A stretch of 32,000 nt of DNA from an uncultured Erysipelotrichaceae bacterium (GTDB lineage Bacteria; Bacillota_I; Bacilli_A; Erysipelotrichales; Erysipelotrichaceae): NCBI GenBank assembly GCA_964401865.1, contig CAYNZZ010000010.1:1-32000 (forward strand), given 5' to 3'. A program made the translations under genes and the position numbers. Shown here piece by piece: positions 28,462 through 32,000 of this stretch. Every line of letters starts with the position of its first letter. Within the stretch, counting starts at the first letter, position 1. Below the pieces are notes generated by a model. That model saw nothing but the letters and a program-made list of their open reading frames with translations. It made no database searches and was not told the DNA's origin.

Positions 28462-28535
28462 GCCGATATGGTATAATGGTAACACAAATCCATGGTAAGG
28501 ATTAGCTCTCAGTTCAATTCTGGGTATCGGCACCA
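28462..28535 (+). tRNA. tRNA-Thr (anticodon GGU), CCA encoded, compact
   Basis: GCCGATA-TG-GTAT-AATGGTA-ACAC-A-AATCC-ATGGTAA-GGATT-AGCT-CTCAG-TTCAATT-CTGGG-TATCGGC-A-CCA, 74 nt. It has an A12/C23 mismatch and a 4-nt variable loop. Confidence 0.85.
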
Positions 28536-28546
28536 TATTACACACT

Positions 28547-28570
28547 AAGCCTTTAATAAGGGCTTTTTTA
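28547..28570 (+). terminator. Rho-independent terminator after tRNA-Thr(GGU)
   Basis: AAGCCTT-taata-AGGGCTT (one G-U pair) followed by TTTTA. Confidence 0.65.
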
Positions 28571-28719
28571 ATAGTCAAATCATCATTGGAAAGATTTTGA
28601 AAAAAAATATAAAAATAAAGAGATTATTAATAAATCGACAGATTATTTAAAACGTTTTGTTTGAAATAAATGTCATCCTTAATAAGATATAAATAAAGAA
28701 AGAGAGGAAGGCATTTATT

Positions 28720-29073
28720 ATGAATACAGATAAAATCTATGCAGAGCATATTGCCAATGAATATTCTGCAAAAAAAGAATCAAAAGTAGTGGCACTAAAA
28801 AAACTAGATAGAAAGGCAAAATTACCGGCTGATATATTTGTTTATACTAACGGAATAATTATGAGTTTAATCTTGGGTGTTGGAATGTGTCTATCAATGA
28901 ACGTTATAGGAAACGGAAGATTCACTACTTTAGGAATTATTATAGGCGTTTTTGGAATAATTGGTATAACTACAAATTACTTTTCATACAGAAAGATTTT
29001 AGCATATTCAAAAGCAAAATATGCGTCTGATATAATTAGACTTGCAAATGAAATTTCAGAATGTAATAAATAA
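28720..29073 (+). CDS. Hypothetical small membrane protein (two predicted TM helices)
   Basis: Hydrophilic N-terminus, then two hydrophobic stretches (IIMSLILGVGMCLSM and LGIIIGVFGIIGI). RBS GAGAGGAAGG upstream. No family recognised. Confidence 0.6.
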   Translation: MNTDKIYAEHIANEYSAKKESKVVALKKLDRKAKLPADIFVYTNGIIMSLILGVGMCLSMNVIGNGRFTTLGIIIGVFGIIGITTNYFSYRKILAYSKAKYASDIIRLANEISECNK

Positions 29074-29095
29074 AGATGGGAAGTGGCAGTATTAA

Positions 29096-29305
29096 ATGAA
29101 CAAAAATGAAAGTAAGTATTTTAGTACTGCTTTTCTTTTCGATGAAGCGTTGATTTATTTGTTGGAAAAGAAAGAGCTCGAATATATTACTGTAAAAGAG
29201 ATTTGTGATAAAGCTGGAGTGAATGGGTCAACTTTTTATTTGCATTATGAATCAATAAAAGATATAAGTAAAATTATTAGTAAGTGCATTAAAAATAATG
29301 ATTAA
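29096..29305 (+). pseudogene. Truncated TetR/AcrR-family regulator (N-terminal HTH only)
   Basis: ITVKEICDKAGVNGSTFYLHYESIKD is a TetR HTH. The ORF stops after 69 aa (my recollection is that full-length TetR proteins are roughly 190 aa). No TetR C-terminal domain is readable in any + frame downstream. Confidence 0.6.
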
Positions 29306-29319
29306 ATTAAATATTTTAC

Positions 29320-29727
29320 TTAATTGTTCTTAACGGAATTGTATATAAAATAAACTGATAAAATCATTGAGATTATTATTGAAATTGCAAGATATAAAAG
29401 CGGATCATTTAAAGAATTGAATAGGAAATTAAATATGGCATTTTGTTTAGTATAAAACACAAAGAAATTCAATACATATAGGCATGGGATAACGGCGTTA
29501 TATATGAGCACAATTACTCCGCCTAGCAATTTAGAAATTTTATCTTTTGAACATATTTTTTCATAGGCATATACCGAGATTGGAGTACAGATAATTAAAT
29601 ATAATATCGTAAGCAATTTGCTAATCGGTTCGTTGTGCAGACTGATTAGAACGATACCATTGCTAACTAACCAAGAAATTAAACAAATAGCTAATAATGA
29701 TAGTGTAGATCGAATAAAATTTTTCAT
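29320..29727 (-). CDS. Hypothetical integral membrane protein (about 4 TM helices)
   Basis: 135 aa, strongly hydrophobic. AGGAGA RBS lies 8 nt upstream of the ATG. No family recognised. Confidence 0.55.
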   Translation of the reverse strand: MKNFIRSTLSLLAICLISWLVSNGIVLISLHNEPISKLLTILYLIICTPISVYAYEKICSKDKISKLLGGVIVLIYNAVIPCLYVLNFFVFYTKQNAIFNFLFNSLNDPLLYLAISIIISMILSVYFIYNSVKNN

Positions 29728-29855
29728 ATGTCATGTCTCCTAATTTTAATAATTATCAATTAAAACAATAAATTGTCATATTTTGTTCGTTTAATATAAT
29801 TGTACTATTATTGTGGAATTTTTAAATGAAAACATTTAAAAAAATCTATTTGATA

Positions 29856-29884
29856 TTGATTTTATTGCATCAGTATTGTACAAT
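29856..29884 (+). promoter_or_regulatory. Promoter candidate for tRNA-Leu
   Basis: TTGATT (29856-29861), 17 nt, TACAAT (29879-29884). Ends 11 nt before the tRNA 5' end. Confidence 0.5.
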
Positions 29885-29895
29885 AATAAAGCAAT

Positions 29896-29978
29896 CCGGG
29901 CGTGGCGGAATTGGCAGACGCACCAGACTTAGAATCTGGCGGGTGACCGTGGGGGTTCAAGTCCCTTCGCCCGGACCA
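29896..29978 (+). tRNA. tRNA-Leu (anticodon UAG), long variable arm, CCA encoded
   Basis: CCGGGCG-TG-GCGGAATTGGCAGACGC-A-CCAGA-CTTAGAA-TCTGG-CGGGTGACCGT-GGGGG-TTCAAGT-CCCTT-CGCCCGG-A-CCA, 83 nt. Has a C1-G72 first pair. Confidence 0.92.
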
Positions 29979-29994
29979 TATAGTTTAAAGAAGG

Positions 29995-30017
29995 TCCTTA
30001 TTTAAGGATTTTTTTAT
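29995..30017 (+). terminator. Rho-independent terminator after tRNA-Leu
   Basis: TCCTT-attt-AAGGA followed by T7. Confidence 0.6.
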
Positions 30018-30036
30018 TAATTTTTTCATTATAAAA

Positions 30037-30078
30037 TAGTCCGACGATAAGAAGATATCTCTTTGCCGGACTATTTTT
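30037..30078. terminator. Second, long-loop hairpin with flanking A and T runs (orphan, bidirectional terminator-like)
   Basis: TAGTCCG (30037-30043) / CGGACTA (30067-30073), perfect 7 bp, followed by TTTTT. Preceded by ATAAAA. Confidence 0.4.
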
Positions 30079-30150
30079 GTAATGAGTATTCAATAAATTA
30101 TTCTTGAAGATATCTAATGTAATTAAAACAATTATTAATTAAATAGATGC

Positions 30151-30455
30151 TTATTTTCTTATAAAATTCAAATCTGATTGTGGAATGCCTTTATCATCGA
30201 GAATGTATCGTTCTACTTTCATATGCAAATCATACTTTTCTCTAAGCTTAATTATTTCATTCATTATTGGTGAATCATGATGCTTGTCAATTGAAGATTG
30301 ATCTTGCCAACTATCAATTAATAAAACTGTATTTCGTCATCCATAGGAAAGAAATATTCATATCTAAGATTTCCTTCTTTGTTTCAAATAGAATCAACAA
30401 TACCGCTTGAAATCATTTCTTCAGCAAATTTTCTTGCATTGTTATTTATAACAAT
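30151..30455 (-). pseudogene. Antibiotic-biosynthesis-monooxygenase (ABM) domain pseudogene
   Basis: Minus-strand translation gives ..ARKFAEEMISSGIVDSI*NKEGNLRYEYFFPMDDE, then after a frameshift VLLIDSWQDQSSIDKHHDSPIMNEIIKLREKYDLHMKVERY..*. There is an in-frame TGA at 30384-30386. A 1-nt loss in the A-run near 30332-30334 causes the frameshift. No start codon is present. Confidence 0.65.
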
Positions 30456-30461
30456 TATAGA

Positions 30462-30555
30462 ATCAAAAGCAGATTAAAAGGCTTAACACCTATGGAATAT
30501 AGGAATCAAGCCTTAATTGGTTCTTGTCCAAATAACTGGGTTCAGTTCAACCTGA
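30462..30555 (+). mobile_element. Remnant of the 3' end of an IS3-family transposase gene
   Basis: The + frame reads IKSRLKGLTPMEYRNQALIGSCPNNWVQFN. This resembles the conserved C-terminal tail (..KLKGLSPVEYR..) of IS3/IS150-type OrfB. Nothing of the rest of the element is present. Confidence 0.45.
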
Positions 30556-30560
30556 ATTCT

Positions 30561-31472
30561 TTATTTTGCCCACAAATCAAATGGATATAATCCTTGGTCT
30601 TTGTATTCTTGGATTTTTGCGACAACTTTTGGTTTATCTTCACGATAAGTAACACCAAACCAAGAATCATTACTAGTCAATACTTTAACTTTACACTTAT
30701 TCTCTTTGATTAAGTCACCAACATTATTTGGAAGAAGAGCTTCATACTTCAAAGGATTAGCGTTTACGCCATCTGCAAATTGGCTTTTAAATACCTCCAT
30801 CATCTTATTCATGATATCAGGATTGAAACCCCAGAAATTCATTGATACTACTGTATCGTTATCGACTTCAAATTCTTTGCCGTCTTCTTCAACATACGCA
30901 TGATCATTAATTTTTTTGATTTTCATTACTTCTTTAATATCAGTTAAGTTATTGTTTTCATCAGTGTTACAGAATCCTCTTGTAACAGTACCATTATCTG
31001 ATAAAGTGTTGTACAATTTGTAACCAACCATGCAGTAATTGCTATCGCTGACCCCATCTTTTAAATACTCGATAATTTTATTGAACGCATCTTTACCATA
31101 AAAGTCATCGGCATTACAGATTACAAACGGATCATCTTTTAAAATATTGCGGCAAGCTAATAAAGCATGAGTGGTACCCCAAGGTTTTTCTCTTCCTTCA
31201 GGAATTTCTACTCCCTCCGGGATATCGTGCAAGTCTTGATATGCATATTCAACCTCAATAAATGGTCTGATTTTTGAAGTTAAATGCTCTTCAAAAGCGC
31301 TTTCGTGCTCCTTGCGAATGATTAAGACAAGCTTTTTAAATCCAGCTTGAATAGCATCGTAAATAGTGAAATCAATAATTGTTTCGCCATTATTTCCGAC
31401 GGTGTCTATTTGTTTTAGACCACCATATCGTGAGCCCATACCAGCGGCCAGTATAACTAAAGTAGGTTTCAT
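30561..31472 (-). CDS. Sugar-phosphate nucleotidyltransferase (NDP-sugar pyrophosphorylase-like), substrate unknown
   Basis: N-terminal LAAGMGSRYGGLKQ signature, KPWGTTHA, and the NADDFYG pattern. 303 aa. RBS GGGAGA. Confidence 0.8.
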   Translation of the reverse strand: MKPTLVILAAGMGSRYGGLKQIDTVGNNGETIIDFTIYDAIQAGFKKLVLIIRKEHESAFEEHLTSKIRPFIEVEYAYQDLHDIPEGVEIPEGREKPWGTTHALLACRNILKDDPFVICNADDFYGKDAFNKIIEYLKDGVSDSNYCMVGYKLYNTLSDNGTVTRGFCNTDENNNLTDIKEVMKIKKINDHAYVEEDGKEFEVDNDTVVSMNFWGFNPDIMNKMMEVFKSQFADGVNANPLKYEALLPNNVGDLIKENKCKVKVLTSNDSWFGVTYREDKPKVVAKIQEYKDQGLYPFDLWAK

Positions 31473-31557
31473 TATTATTTCTCCCTTATAACTCTACATT
31501 TATAGTATATTATAGATTATATATAAAAGAAATAATAAAAATAAGTAAAATAATAAA

Positions 31558-31586
31558 TTGACAAAATGTACTAATAAGTACAAAAT
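31558..31586 (+). promoter_or_regulatory. Promoter candidate with an embedded perfect palindrome (putative operator) upstream of the ABC ATPase
   Basis: TTGACA (31558-31563), 17 nt, CAAAAT (31581-31586). The spacer holds TGTACT-aata-AGTACA (31567-31582). Confidence 0.4.
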
Positions 31587-31613
31587 AGGAGTAGATATTT
31601 GGAGGATAACTAG

Positions 31614-32000
31614 ATGATTACTTTAAAAAATGTATCTAAATCTTATCGTAAAGGTATTAAATCGGTTGACGATATATCTCTTGAGATTAAAGATGGTGAA
31701 ATATTCGGATTTTTAGGGCCTAATGGTGCTGGTAAAACAACCACAATTCGTATGATGACCGGAATATTAGCTCCTGATGAAGGAAGCATTCTTTTTGATG
31801 GTTTGGACATTGAAAAAGATTCTTTTTTAGCTAAAAAAGAGTTTGGATTCGTTCCTGATTCACCAGATTTATTCTTGAACTTAAAAGCTATTGAATATTT
31901 GAATTTCTGTGCTGATATATATGGTGTCAAAGATAGACAAGAAAAAATTGAAAAACTGACTAAGAAATTTGAAATATACGACAGTTTAAACAATCAGATT
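31614..32000 (+). CDS. ABC transporter ATP-binding protein (ABC-2/drug-exporter type), 3'-truncated by the window edge
   Basis: My own translation: MITLKNVSKSYRKGIKSVDDISLEIKDGEIFGFLGPNGAGKTTTIRMMTGIL.. (Walker A). GGAGGA RBS at 31601-31606. Absent from the ORF track because no stop is reached. The antisense ORF 31643..31993 is therefore spurious. Confidence 0.88.
   Translation, partial: MITLKNVSKSYRKGIKSVDDISLEIKDGEIFGFLGPNGAGKTTTIRMMTGILAPDEGSILFDGLDIEKDSFLAKKEFGFVPDSPDLFLNLKAIEYLNFCADIYGVKDRQEKIEKLTKKFEIYDSLNNQI

Noticed and set aside
29960-30560. Searched downstream of tRNA-Leu for a direct repeat of its 3' end (an att site marking an integrated element).
   Set aside because: By eye I found no copy of the TTCAAGTCCCTTCGCCCGG segment. 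GGGTTCAGTTCAACC at 30538-30552 is only superficially similar and belongs to the IS3 tail. A computed repeat search would be needed to be sure.
31643-31993. 116-aa minus-strand ORF at the right edge of the window.
   Set aside because: The opposite strand encodes an unmistakable ABC ATPase N-terminus (Walker A GPNGAGKTT) with a GGAGGA RBS. The minus ORF is its antisense shadow.
1-32000. Looked for CRISPR arrays, defence islands, toxin-antitoxin pairs, prophage or integrative-element genes, and long direct or inverted repeats.
   Set aside because: I saw no regularly spaced repeats and no nuclease, helicase, methylase or integrase-like ORFs. Nearly every long ORF is an identifiable housekeeping gene. 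The only mobile-element trace is the roughly 90-nt IS3 tail at 30462-30555.
1-32000. Alternative genetic code (UGA read as Trp, as in Mollicutes relatives).
   Set aside because: TGA cleanly terminates several well-defined genes (ptp at 824-826, HAD at 8733-8735, murA at 12288-12290). Full-length conserved proteins read through without internal TGA. The one internal TGA, at 30384-30386, sits in a gene that is also frameshifted.

Overview
AT-rich (about one-third GC by eye) chromosome segment from a low-GC Gram-positive bacterium with Bacilli/Erysipelotrichia-like gene content. It uses the standard code: TAA, TAG and TGA all end well-supported genes, and TGG encodes Trp. Almost everything is housekeeping. 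Gene order mirrors two conserved Bacillus subtilis blocks as I recall them: rpoE..fba..murA..rpmE-tdk-prfA-prmC and tilS-hpt-ftsH..hslO..dusB..coaX. I call about 35 CDS, including a 3'-truncated ABC ATPase at the right edge that the ORF track misses. I also call three tRNA genes (Thr-CGU, Thr-GGU, Leu-UAG), a SAM-I riboswitch before metK, and a PerR-like regulator plus rubrerythrin operon with a 7-1-7 Fur-family box. Several promoters and rho-independent terminators are listed. Only 28.5-30.6 kb looks accessory or decaying: small membrane proteins, a truncated TetR, an ABM-monooxygenase pseudogene and an IS3-family transposase remnant around tRNA-Leu. I see no CRISPR array, no recognisable defence or toxin system and no intact mobile element. 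The most unusual observations are these. (1) Two tandem FemAB-family aminoacyl-tRNA-dependent transferases are followed 12 nt later, before the only terminator, by a tRNA-Thr(CGU) gene. (2) Both tRNA-Thr loci share the same junction: a hairpin with the stop codon in its loop, then the dinucleotide AT, then the tRNA. This suggests mRNA-tRNA co-transcripts processed by RNase P. (3) The fem operon and perR share back-to-back promoters, and the fem mRNA may be leaderless. All three are sequence-based hypotheses that need transcript and biochemical tests.
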